DNA of 64,000 bases, taken from NCBI GenBank assembly GCA_964633225.1, contig CAZWFQ010000001.1, positions 27,001-91,000 on the forward strand. Reading direction: 5' to 3'. This document shows, in pieces, positions 52,294-62,328 of this stretch. Each line of letters opens with the position of its first letter. Position 1 is the stretch's first letter. The notes below the pieces were generated by a model. It saw nothing but the letters and a program-made list of their open reading frames with translations, did not search any database and was not told where the DNA came from. This DNA comes from an uncultured Anaerolineaceae bacterium (GTDB lineage: Bacteria > Chloroflexota > Anaerolineae > Anaerolineales > UBA4823). The position numbers and the translations under genes were made by a program.

Positions 52294-54084
52294 TTAGCGG
52301 CAGGGTTCGGCGCGCGGCACGTAGAGCACCACGCCCGCCGTTTCTAGCTCGGCCAGGGGCTCGTAATCGCACAGCAGGGGCTCTGAGACGTGACGCACCC
52401 AGGCGTCATTCTCCTCGCCAAAGCTATGTGCCGGACCCTGGTATTGGATGCTCATTGGCTCGGCCACAATAACGGCGTAACGCTGGTTCAGCAGATCGGC
52501 ATGGAAGGCATCAAGATAGGGGGCATTGGATGCCATGGCCATTTCCATCAGAAAGACCAATTCATAGTCGGCAACCAGGGGCGCTTCCACCTCGTCCAAA
52601 GCCAACAGGTGACGCTGGTTGATGAATAACACTTCGCCGCCTTGCTGAACGGCGACCTCCACCACCTGGCGCAGGGTTTGCAGTTCTGCCTGGGCGGCAA
52701 CCAGGTTGCGCTGGGGCAGGGGGCCGCCGGATGAGATGGCAAAGAAAATTGGGACAAGCAGGGCCATGGCCTGTAACAGGGCCGAGAGTGAATGGTAAAT
52801 GCCGGCCTGAGAGCGGCTGCGGTTGGGCTGTGTGACAGGCTCAGCAGGTGAGGTGTCGGGAGTCATACGCTCCAGGGTAATGAAACCCCCGATGATCAAA
52901 AGCAGGGCCAGGTAGGCATCCAGGTTGTGCAGGTTGCTGCCCCCGCCGATCTTGACGCTGACCACCACCCCACCCGCAAACAAAACAAAGAGGATCGCTC
53001 CAAGGCCAAGCAAGCGTAGGAAGTGATAGCGGCGCCAGTGCTGCGCCACGTGCAGGCAGATGAGCAGTACCAGCGGCAGCGAGACCAGGATTGCGCTGGG
53101 TAAGATGCCCAGGGGGTAAGTGGGATTAGGCTTCAGGCGGTACCAGAGCAGATCGGAACTGAAGCTGGAGCCAAACTGCTCGGCCGGGTTGCCAGACCAC
53201 AGTTTGTAGGCTGTTTGCGAAGCGTAAGCCAGGATGGTGCCAAGCAAAGTCCAGCCGGCGGGGGGCAGCAAATAGCGCCAGGCAGGGCGGGTCAGGGGCC
53301 GCTCCAGCAGGTACAGGGCGGCAGCCAGCAGCCCTGGAACGGGCAGCCAGTTAATCCGGCTGATGCCCGCCCACAGAGAGGCCAACAGCACCACCAGGAG
53401 GGTGCGCCAGGGTTTCTGCCCGTCATAAGCCCATAAGACCAGGATCACCATCACCAAGAGGTGATAATAGACCGGACCCTGGAACAAGAACAAGGCCGCC
53501 CATGCGGCAACGACTGAAGTCGTTACTACGATGGGTAAAGTAGGCAGTGTCGTAACGACTTTAGTCGTTACCAGGCCCAGCCGCTTTGCCAACAGCCAAC
53601 CTGCCAGGCTGCTGGTCACCAGCCACAGCAGTACCTGCCACAGGCGGTGCAGCCATAACGGCGAATTTGGAACGAGAAAGGGGACTGCCTGCATCAGATA
53701 GCGGCTGGGGTGCAGTACAGAAGTGGGAACACGCAGGCCGTAGAGCCATTCCGAAAGGTACAGCGACCCATAATAATAGCGGCTGGCTTCAGACCAGCCC
53801 AGCGAGAAGGGGAACGTGGAGAGATCGGGCAAGAAAGCCGCCAGCTTGTACACCACGCCTTGTGCCAGGGCAGTCAACAGCAGGGCCTGTCCCCAGCCCA
53901 GGGTGGCCTTGATGCGGCGCAGGATCCAGGCTCCGCCCACCACCAGTCCCCCAAAGAGCGCCGTGCGCGCCGGGATGATCAGGTCTTCTGGCAGGCCAGA
54001 AAGCCAGGTGCCCGCAGGCCCCATCACCAGCCAGGGGAAGAGGAGCAGCCAGAGCAAGAAGAGTAGGCTGAGTGGATATTTCAT
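52294..54084 (-). CDS. large polytopic membrane protein with C-terminal soluble domain
   Basis: The track ORF reaches 54258 and overlaps the upstream gene. The ATG at 54084 gives MKYPLSLLFLLWLLLFPWLV. More than 12 hydrophobic segments. The last ~170 aa are soluble-looking. Confidence 0.5.
   Translation of the reverse strand: MKYPLSLLFLLWLLLFPWLVMGPAGTWLSGLPEDLIIPARTALFGGLVVGGAWILRRIKATLGWGQALLLTALAQGVVYKLAAFLPDLSTFPFSLGWSEASRYYYGSLYLSEWLYGLRVPTSVLHPSRYLMQAVPFLVPNSPLWLHRLWQVLLWLVTSSLAGWLLAKRLGLVTTKVVTTLPTLPIVVTTSVVAAWAALFLFQGPVYYHLLVMVILVLWAYDGQKPWRTLLVVLLASLWAGISRINWLPVPGLLAAALYLLERPLTRPAWRYLLPPAGWTLLGTILAYASQTAYKLWSGNPAEQFGSSFSSDLLWYRLKPNPTYPLGILPSAILVSLPLVLLICLHVAQHWRRYHFLRLLGLGAILFVLFAGGVVVSVKIGGGSNLHNLDAYLALLLIIGGFITLERMTPDTSPAEPVTQPNRSRSQAGIYHSLSALLQAMALLVPIFFAISSGGPLPQRNLVAAQAELQTLRQVVEVAVQQGGEVLFINQRHLLALDEVEAPLVADYELVFLMEMAMASNAPYLDAFHADLLNQRYAVIVAEPMSIQYQGPAHSFGEENDAWVRHVSEPLLCDYEPLAELETAGVVLYVPRAEPCR
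53511..53571. repeat. nested palindromic repeat inside CDS 52294..54084
   Basis: CGACTGAAGTCGTTAC (53511-53526) and GTAACGACTTTAGTCGTTAC (53552-53571). GAAGTCGTTAC and GTAACGACTTT are inverted repeats (10 of 11 positions pair). AGTCGTTAC is also directly repeated. The region encodes LVTTKVVTTLPTLPIVVTTSVV. Confidence 0.6.
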
Positions 54085-54106
54085 CAATGGAAGCAATGGG
54101 AATGGC

Positions 54107-54715
54107 TTAGCGGCGTCGTTTGCGGCGGAAGAGTGCCAGAGGCAAAAGGATGAAGGTCGCCAGGGGCCAGACCCAGGATAAGTCGCCGGGGCCGTTTGTG
54201 CCGGTGCAGGCGATGCGGCGGCGGATGCGCACCAGGCGGTATTCTTTGGTGGCCGCATCCAGGGCTTCGTCGCTCATCTTAATTGGATCAAGTCCGGACG
54301 CATAAGCCGCAAAGCCGCTGGCAAAGAGCACCTGGCGCAAAATGGCCATACGGTTGGTGTCGTCCGATACGTCGATGGCGTCCCCCGCCCACCACCCATC
54401 CGGCAGCCAGACTTCAACGTTGGGGTTGCGGAGAATATTGCGATACCAATCTGCCAGGCTGCCAAAACCGGCTGTGCAGTAGAGATCGCCTTCGATAATG
54501 GTGTAATTCACCGGGGTGCGCCGCCGACGCCCCGATTTGCGCCCGGTGTGCGTCAACACCATGATGCGCCCGCCAACTTTTGGCCACCAGTTGACCCATG
54601 GGCCCAGTCCCAGCCGCCACAAGAACAGCATGAAGGGATTGAAGTATTTGAAGCCGCGGCGCAGCTTTTCATCCAAAGAAGATTGAGAAGGTAAGGAAGG
54701 TAATTGGGTGTTCAT
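54107..54715 (-). CDS. DUF385 / deazaflavin (F420)-dependent nitroreductase-like protein with C-terminal membrane anchor
   Basis: 202 aa. GGAGG lies 6 nt upstream of the ATG. GGRIMVLTHTGRKSGRRRRTPVNYTIIEGDLYCTAGFGSLADWYRNILRNPNVEVW is the split beta-barrel family signature. The C-terminal WVWPLATFILLPLALF is hydrophobic. Confidence 0.65.
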   Translation of the reverse strand: MNTQLPSLPSQSSLDEKLRRGFKYFNPFMLFLWRLGLGPWVNWWPKVGGRIMVLTHTGRKSGRRRRTPVNYTIIEGDLYCTAGFGSLADWYRNILRNPNVEVWLPDGWWAGDAIDVSDDTNRMAILRQVLFASGFAAYASGLDPIKMSDEALDAATKEYRLVRIRRRIACTGTNGPGDLSWVWPLATFILLPLALFRRKRRR

Positions 54716-54769
54716 CTATTCCTCCACGCTCAAAGCTTACCACAGAAAATGGGATTTCGCTCCCCTTGC

Positions 54770-55702
54770 TCAGAGTTTCTTGGAGTTTGCTTCTCCGGCC
54801 AGCATCTCTGGCACGAAGAGCGCGCCGGGCAGGCTGGCGAACATTTGCAGGACGCGCATCAGCAGTGCCAGGGTCAGGGCACTGGATGGGGAGATGCCGC
54901 CCAGGGTGGTGTAGAAGAAGGTCATCGAAAGCTCCTGGACGCCCATACCGTTGACCGAAATGGGTACCAGGGTGACAAAATAGGTGGCGCTCCACAAACC
55001 GGCGATGGACCAAAATGAGATCTGCTCTCCCATGCCACCCAACAGCAGCCAAACTTGGGCAAAGGTGCACAACATATGGATCCAGGTGCAGCCCAGGGCG
55101 CCCAGCAGGGCCCTTGGCTGGCCCAGCCAGCGTTTCATCACATCCAGCAGGTTTTGGCTGGCCTGCTTCAGGCGCTCCCATAACTTTCCCAGCCAGGGGA
55201 CGGCCAGGAAGAAGGGGTAATTCTTATGTCTGGAGGATGCAGGAGCGCTGCCCAGCCAACGGACGAAATCTGGCAGACCAAAGGGCAGAGCCATGGCCAT
55301 GCCCGCCATGCCCACCAGCCGGTCAGCCACCAGTGCCGCCAGGCAGGTTGCCCGGTCATAGCCCAGGCGCAGGGCCGCACCCAGGCGCACCACATCGCCG
55401 CCGATGGTGGTGGGTAAAAAATTGGAAGCGAAAAGCCCGGCCAGGGTGATGCGCAGGCTCTGCCAGAACGCAATGCCCGTGTTGGCTGAACGCATCAGTA
55501 CATGCCAACGTCCGGCCACAGCCAGGCGAGAGATGAATACCAGCAGCAGGGCCAGAACCAAACGCCATCCGGCAATCTGCCGGATGGCGGAGGTAATCTC
55601 GTCCCAGCCTTGCTGGGCGAGCAGGTAGATCAAAAGGGCCACCGCCAACAACGTGCCTACCCAGCGCAGCAGGGGCGGGCGGGCGGCGGACTTTTCGGGC
55701 AT
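54770..55702 (-). CDS. UPF0104 / lysyl-PG-synthase-TM-like 'flippase-like' membrane protein
   Basis: 310 aa with about 8 hydrophobic segments. The N-terminus LLRWVGTLLAVALLIYLLAQQGWDEITSAIRQI..WRLVLALLLVFISRLAVAGRWHVLM is typical of this family. Confidence 0.6.
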   Translation of the reverse strand: MPEKSAARPPLLRWVGTLLAVALLIYLLAQQGWDEITSAIRQIAGWRLVLALLLVFISRLAVAGRWHVLMRSANTGIAFWQSLRITLAGLFASNFLPTTIGGDVVRLGAALRLGYDRATCLAALVADRLVGMAGMAMALPFGLPDFVRWLGSAPASSRHKNYPFFLAVPWLGKLWERLKQASQNLLDVMKRWLGQPRALLGALGCTWIHMLCTFAQVWLLLGGMGEQISFWSIAGLWSATYFVTLVPISVNGMGVQELSMTFFYTTLGGISPSSALTLALLMRVLQMFASLPGALFVPEMLAGEANSKKL

Positions 55703-55704
55703 GC

Positions 55705-56697
<993 letters not shown>

Positions 56698-56709
56698 TCA
56701 GAAGGTGAA

Positions 56710-58350
56710 TTATAACCCAACGTCCTTGGATTTTGTCTTCCGATCTTTGAGCCAGCCGCCAATCAGGATGAGCACCGTGATCACCAGGGTGGCGGCAATC
56801 ATGATCCAGATATCCAGGTGGGGCAGGCTGGTGAAGTAGCGGCTGGCATACCACTCAGTGAACATGGCTACAAAGACAGCCTCGACAGCCAGCCAACGGT
56901 AGAGCCAGGCATCGCCCTGCTTTCGGGCCCAGCTCCAGGCCCAGGCCGCCAACAATGCCTGCCAGGCCAGCAGGATGGCGCGGTAGCGCGGGTTATCCCA
57001 CTGGTCGCCGCCAGCGTTCAGGGCCGCAATGATGATCCATGCCCACCCTGCCACGCTGATCCAGATCAACTGCATGCGGCGCGCTTCGCCTTTGGCGCGC
57101 AGTGCGCCGGTGAGTCCGTAAACCAAGAAAGGCGCCAGGGCGTACCACCCGGCGGCGCGCAAGAAGCCGATGATGCGCATGAGTGGGGCAGCGTCGGGGT
57201 CTCCAACCACAGCCGGAAGGACAGGCTGGGCAATCCCATACACCGTCACAATCAGCCAACGCCACTGCTCACCGGCACTGTCGAGCAGTTTTTGGAACAT
57301 GCCCGAAGCGCGCTCGGTGAGATATGATTGGAATTGGAAATTGTTTTGCAGCCAGGCAAACAAAACGCTAAACGGCCCATTGCCCTGTAATGATGGCAGG
57401 TTGGCCAGGATTGCGCCCCCCACCAGCAAAGCCACCACCAGCAGCCCAGCCAACAGGGCTGCCGGCAGCAAGACCCGGCTGCGTTGGGATGACAGCCAGG
57501 CGCCGGGGTCAAGCACCCATGCCCCCAGCAGCACGCCAATGGCGATCAAGGCAGCCAGGGGTTGGATCAAGAAGAGCAACAGGCCAGCTGCAATGACCCA
57601 GGCAATGGCTGGCCAAAATCGGCCAGTTCCAGGCACTTCTTTGTGCGCCTGGGCCAGGCCAAAGAAGGTCATGGCAACGGCAGCAAGCACAAAGGGCTCG
57701 CGCATCTGGCTGCTGCCCAACAGCACGCTTTCAGGGTACAGGGCAAATATCCAGGCAGCAGTGGTGCCTACCCAAGGCCCGAACCAGCTTCCGGCAGCCT
57801 TGCCAAGCAGCAGGGTTCCGCAAGCCGCAGCGGCCGCCCCCAGCAGCACAATCATCAGCGGGCGGTGGGCATCTGGGCTCAGCGTGCGGTAGAGCGTGGC
57901 GCTCAAGGCCAACAGGCCACCGTATTGGTCGCCGGAATAATCTCCTGAGAAGGCATCACTGAGCGGGTCAGAGGACGTCGCCAGCTCCCAGGCCTGGGTA
58001 TCGCGGATGTAGGCGTCGTGGAAGACATAACCGGCCTGGTGCTCTGCGCTATTCGCATAGCCAAGAGTGGGCAAGAAAATCAATAACAGCCCGCCAAGTG
58101 CCAGGCGGGCCCCAAAAGCAAGTTGGGCTGGGGCCAGGGTTGCTTTGTCGCTGCCAGAGACTTTCCAGGCGCCGTAGATGGCGGCCGCGGCCAGGGCAAA
58201 TAACAGCGTGTATGCCCCCCATGCGGCCAGAAAATTGCCGCGCCCATCGATGATGGCCAGCAGGCCGCCCCCACCCAAGATTTGGATGGTCCAGGATAGC
58301 GCCTGGCGGAGAGGTGGATGAATTCGGTTAAGAAGGGTTTGATCGCTCAT
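56710..58350 (-). CDS. large polytopic membrane protein (GT-C, ligase or polymerase candidate)
   Basis: 546 aa with more than 12 hydrophobic segments. No soluble domain and no recognised motif. Confidence 0.45.
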   Translation of the reverse strand: MSDQTLLNRIHPPLRQALSWTIQILGGGGLLAIIDGRGNFLAAWGAYTLLFALAAAAIYGAWKVSGSDKATLAPAQLAFGARLALGGLLLIFLPTLGYANSAEHQAGYVFHDAYIRDTQAWELATSSDPLSDAFSGDYSGDQYGGLLALSATLYRTLSPDAHRPLMIVLLGAAAAACGTLLLGKAAGSWFGPWVGTTAAWIFALYPESVLLGSSQMREPFVLAAVAMTFFGLAQAHKEVPGTGRFWPAIAWVIAAGLLLFLIQPLAALIAIGVLLGAWVLDPGAWLSSQRSRVLLPAALLAGLLVVALLVGGAILANLPSLQGNGPFSVLFAWLQNNFQFQSYLTERASGMFQKLLDSAGEQWRWLIVTVYGIAQPVLPAVVGDPDAAPLMRIIGFLRAAGWYALAPFLVYGLTGALRAKGEARRMQLIWISVAGWAWIIIAALNAGGDQWDNPRYRAILLAWQALLAAWAWSWARKQGDAWLYRWLAVEAVFVAMFTEWYASRYFTSLPHLDIWIMIAATLVITVLILIGGWLKDRKTKSKDVGL

Positions 58351-58370
58351 GTACGCTCTCTGCGTGATGA

Positions 58371-59837
58371 TTACTTCTTATCTGTTTTTTGGAAGAACCG
58401 GCGCTCTTTGATGCTTTGGATCCAATGCGGAGCGGCCTGGCTCAAGTACCACAGTCCCCACAAGACCACGCTCGATTGCAAGGGAACAAGGAAACGGGGG
58501 TTGTCGCCGTGATCGAGCATCGATTGCAGGATCGATGCCGCCCAGATGCTGGCAGCGAGATACCACAAAAAGGGTGTGAAGGTAGATTGAATAGATCCTT
58601 CGTACTGGAGGCTGGCGGCGCCAGCCAGGGAGCGCCGCTGCTTGAAGAATTGCTTGATTTGCTGGAACATCCACTGCAAAGATGTGATGACAAAAAGCAG
58701 ATTGAACCCGGCAACCAGGATGCGTTGCATGTTGATCAAGCCCTGGATGGGGGTTACCAGAGCGGGGGAGCGCAAGGCCTCCGGCGCCCAGTAAACAGGC
58801 GCAAACCAAAAGTATACCCAACCCTTGAGCACGTTGCGCAGGTACAGTTCGGGGTGCTCCCAGATCAGTCCTACAGAGATGCGTGCCAGGGTACGCGATA
58901 GGTCGTAAAAGTTGAGGCCTGAAATCTCACTCAGTTCAGGGATGGCATCCCAGATGGTGTTGGTCTGGGTGCCGTATTCTGCGATGTGAGCCTCTCGGTA
59001 GCGTAAGTAGGTGTCGCGAAGGGCAGCATACTCGTCGGGCACGTATTCAAAATAGCCTCCGGTATGCTGTACCAGGTGATAACCGGTCATGGTGGTCAGG
59101 CCCCAATCGCCATAGCGGCTGTGGATGAACGTGACCCAGCCGCCGAGGATCAGTGCTACTGGTACAAGAAAGGCCAGCAGGCCGAGCAGCCAGCGCTTTG
59201 GGTTGAGCAGTTTGATCGTCCCGGGTTTCAGGCCTGCCAGGAGAATGAAGAAGAGTGCCACAAAGGGCAGGTAAATGAATAAGGGGCGTGTAATGAGTGC
59301 CAGAGCGCTGAAGAGCCCAATAGCAAAGGCCAGCACCGGAGAACAAGGCTTAGCGGGAGCATCTTTCTGGAAAATAAGCACCCCTGCCAGGGCCAAGGTG
59401 ATGAAAAATGTAGTCAGGGTTTCGGTGAGCAGGTTGGCTTCAAAAAAGAGTTGGCCCAGGTTGAGGCTGTGGGCCAATCCCGCCAGCCCTGCCAGCCATG
59501 CTTTTCCGCTCAGGCGCCAGGCAATGTAGAAGAACAGCAGCGTGATTACCAGGCCCATGGCCATTTGCACCAGCCATATGTTTTCATCTGAGCCGATGCT
59601 TGCCAGGAATACCGGGTAACCTGGGGTGCGTGTGCCGTCGTAGCGTGCGAAGCCATTCAGTACTGAGCGTGATAAGCGGCGGTAAGAGGCCGAATCGCCG
59701 TGAGGCACGGGTGCATAGCCTGCCAGCAGGGCAATGCGAACCAGAGTAGCCGCGATCAGCACGCACGCCAGCCATAGGCGCATCTTGCTACGCTCGTCTT
59801 TCACTTCCCCAGGCATGCCAGGCTTAGATTCTTTCAT
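58371..59837 (-). CDS. polytopic membrane protein, GT-C (ArnT/PMT-like) glycosyltransferase candidate
   Basis: 488 aa. ATGA overlap with the upstream GT4. Loop motif HGDSASYRRLSRSVLNGFARYDGTRTPGYPVFL is similar to the other GT-C candidates. Confidence 0.55.
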   Translation of the reverse strand: MKESKPGMPGEVKDERSKMRLWLACVLIAATLVRIALLAGYAPVPHGDSASYRRLSRSVLNGFARYDGTRTPGYPVFLASIGSDENIWLVQMAMGLVITLLFFYIAWRLSGKAWLAGLAGLAHSLNLGQLFFEANLLTETLTTFFITLALAGVLIFQKDAPAKPCSPVLAFAIGLFSALALITRPLFIYLPFVALFFILLAGLKPGTIKLLNPKRWLLGLLAFLVPVALILGGWVTFIHSRYGDWGLTTMTGYHLVQHTGGYFEYVPDEYAALRDTYLRYREAHIAEYGTQTNTIWDAIPELSEISGLNFYDLSRTLARISVGLIWEHPELYLRNVLKGWVYFWFAPVYWAPEALRSPALVTPIQGLINMQRILVAGFNLLFVITSLQWMFQQIKQFFKQRRSLAGAASLQYEGSIQSTFTPFLWYLAASIWAASILQSMLDHGDNPRFLVPLQSSVVLWGLWYLSQAAPHWIQSIKERRFFQKTDKK

Positions 59838-60961
59838 TTCCAGCCTTCCAGGGCGCGGGCGGCGCGAGCTTGCCAGGTATATTGTTTCACATCTTGCAGG
59901 GCCTGTTGGGCCAGGCGCAGGCGGCAGGGCTCATCATCATAGAGAGCCTGCAGGGCGGCGCTCCAGGCCTGGGGGTCTTCGGGCGGGCACAGCACGGCAT
60001 TGGTCTCGTTCAGCACTTCACCAATCACGGGCAGGTCGCTAGAGATGATGGCGCGCCCGCAAGCCATGTAGTCAAACATCTTCATTGGGCTGGCGTATGC
60101 GGCCGAATTTCCCCCGCTGCTGCCGGCAATGGCGCGTTCATACGGCATGAGCAGCACATCGGCTGCCGCCTGGTAAATGGGCAGCCGGTGGTTCTCAATA
60201 AAACCGGTCAGGCTAACATTGTGCAGATTTTCAGAGGCCAGGTGTTCCCGCCAATGGGTTACATCCTGGGGGTTGCCGCCTACCCATAAAAAGTGCAGTT
60301 GAGGGAAGCGCCGCGCCAGATCCACCAACATGCTCATGCCGCGGCCCGGGTAGAGGTGCCCGGTGTACCCCACGGTGAACTGTTCAGGCATCTCCAGGCT
60401 GCGCCGGGCCGCCAGGGGGGCAGGCAGGGCAGCGTAGCGTTCAAGATCGATGGCGTTCGGCGAAATGATCGAGTGAACCGCAGATAGCGGGTAGCGGGCA
60501 GCGAGTTGTTGCTCTAGGGCGCGGGTAATTGGGAGGGTGCGCTTGCGGCCGGGCAGGCTGAGAAAGAGACGGAAGAGCCAGGGGCCAAGTGCGCCTTCGG
60601 GCGGGCCGTGCATTTCTAAGATCACCCCCAGGCCTGCCAGGAGGGCCAGGTTGGCGGCTTGCAAAGGCCACACATAAGCCAGGTCGGCCTCCAGGGCCTT
60701 GGCCCGCTGGACTGCCCGCCAGCAAAAATCATAGCGTTTCCAACGTGGGTTGGCAGGCAGCCATTCGATCGGGAAAGTGGTTGACAGGCCATAATTGGCT
60801 ATCAAGGCATCTGTGGTGGGTGGCTGGCTGCCTGCGCTTTGCGGCACCAGCAGATGCACCTCATGCCCAAGCTGCGCCAGTGCCTGGCAGGCTTTCATCA
60901 TCTGGATGCTGTTGGCAGTGGCAGAGGGGATTTGGGATGCGGCAATACAGGTGATCTTCAT
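59834..60961 (-). CDS. family 4 (GT-B) glycosyltransferase
   Basis: 375 aa. The C-terminal half has SPMKMFDYMACGRAIISSDLPVIGEVL (EX7E-like region). Confidence 0.8.
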   Translation of the reverse strand: MKITCIAASQIPSATANSIQMMKACQALAQLGHEVHLLVPQSAGSQPPTTDALIANYGLSTTFPIEWLPANPRWKRYDFCWRAVQRAKALEADLAYVWPLQAANLALLAGLGVILEMHGPPEGALGPWLFRLFLSLPGRKRTLPITRALEQQLAARYPLSAVHSIISPNAIDLERYAALPAPLAARRSLEMPEQFTVGYTGHLYPGRGMSMLVDLARRFPQLHFLWVGGNPQDVTHWREHLASENLHNVSLTGFIENHRLPIYQAAADVLLMPYERAIAGSSGGNSAAYASPMKMFDYMACGRAIISSDLPVIGEVLNETNAVLCPPEDPQAWSAALQALYDDEPCRLRLAQQALQDVKQYTWQARAARALEGWK

Positions 60962-62328
60962 ACTTCACTACTACCATTGGCGCCGGCGATCTCCTGGTTT
61001 CGTATCCTGCTCAGCCCCTTCCAGATGATGGTGCTAATGGAAACGACAAAGTAAGCTGACATGATGGCGGCCTCAGCAATGTACCCCAGGGCAGGCAGCA
61101 GCCAGAAGGTGAGCAGGGTTTTGAAGGACCCCACCACAGCCGATACTTTAAGCGGGAAGACAGGCATCCCCAGGGCCAGGAGTAGAGGGCGGTTCCAATG
61201 CAGGATATTGGCGAAACCATATCCGATGAGCAAGAAGAGCAGTGCCGGGTAAGCTGGGCTGAAATCGGGCCCGTACATGAAAGGGATCAGCCAGGCGCCA
61301 AAGATAGCCAGGCCGAGCGACACGGGCAGGGTCCAGGCAGCGGCAATAGCACTGACGCGCTGGAGCAGGCGGCGGGTGAGTGCCCAATCGCGGCGCGCCG
61401 TGGTTTGGGCGATCTCGGCATAGGTGGGCGCAATAAAGGGTTCAATGGGAAGCATGACCATGTTGATCAGCTTCAGGGCATAGCTGTAATAGAGCCCTTC
61501 GATGGGAGAGCGCAGCAGCGAGATGAGCAGGGTTTCGCTGTCACGCACTGCCAGGTTGACCGTTCCCTGCAGATTGGTGCTGATGGCAAAACGCAGGATT
61601 GCCCGCCAGTCGGGAACGGCGCGCAAGGAAGCGCGCCACCAGCCAGGCCCCAGCCTGGTGTTAAGTTGATGGAAAGCTAAGATCACAATTGCCAGCCCCG
61701 CAATGGCCTTACCCAACAGGTAGGCCAACAGCACTTCCATCAGCCCCCATTTGGCGAAATAGGCGGCTACGATCAGGCCGGTGGTCACAATGCTTTGTCC
61801 CAGGTTGACCAGTGCCACCAGGTTAAAGAGTTTGAAAGATTGTAAAACGCCAGTGGCGGTCTCGTACCCAAAATGGGTCAGCAAGTAAAGGCCGTAGATC
61901 AAGAAGAGGGGGGCAAAGATCGAATCTTTGGCCAGGTACCGCGCCGCCAGGGGAGCGGTGAGTGCCAGAACCAGGTAAGCCAGGATGACGGTCATGGCCT
62001 CGACCATTGCTGCGCCCTTAACGATTGCCGCCGCCCGGTCTTTACGCGCTTCGGCCATAGATTGGCCCAGGTAGCGCACCACCAATTCGCTCATGCGGAA
62101 GGACAGCAGGCGGTTGACATTGGAGGCATACGGCATGATCACGGCCACCAGAGGGCTTAAGGTCTCTGCACCCAGCAAGCGAGCCGCCAAAATGCCTTGC
62201 AGCATACTGAGCACCACGGCCGCCGCATTGCTGCCGAAGATGTAACTGCTGTTCTTAACAATGCCGCGCAGGAGTTTATCCTGCCACCAGGCACGCAGTG
62301 TCTCGATGAGGCGCGGTTTTTCTGTCAT
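60958..62328 (-). CDS. wzx: MOP-superfamily oligosaccharide flippase (Wzx-like)
   Basis: 456 aa with about 12-14 TM segments. N-terminus LLRGIVKNSSYIFGSNAAAVVLSMLQGILAARLLGAE is typical of polysaccharide-biosynthesis (Wzx/RfbX) proteins. Confidence 0.75.
   Translation of the reverse strand: MTEKPRLIETLRAWWQDKLLRGIVKNSSYIFGSNAAAVVLSMLQGILAARLLGAETLSPLVAVIMPYASNVNRLLSFRMSELVVRYLGQSMAEARKDRAAAIVKGAAMVEAMTVILAYLVLALTAPLAARYLAKDSIFAPLFLIYGLYLLTHFGYETATGVLQSFKLFNLVALVNLGQSIVTTGLIVAAYFAKWGLMEVLLAYLLGKAIAGLAIVILAFHQLNTRLGPGWWRASLRAVPDWRAILRFAISTNLQGTVNLAVRDSETLLISLLRSPIEGLYYSYALKLINMVMLPIEPFIAPTYAEIAQTTARRDWALTRRLLQRVSAIAAAWTLPVSLGLAIFGAWLIPFMYGPDFSPAYPALLFLLIGYGFANILHWNRPLLLALGMPVFPLKVSAVVGSFKTLLTFWLLPALGYIAEAAIMSAYFVVSISTIIWKGLSRIRNQEIAGANGSSEV

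Noticed and set aside
53511-53571. Palindromic repeat as an IS element or MITE insertion
   Set aside because: It has no transposase, no clear terminal inverted repeats with target-site duplication, and the reading frame is preserved. It is kept only as an unexplained repeat.
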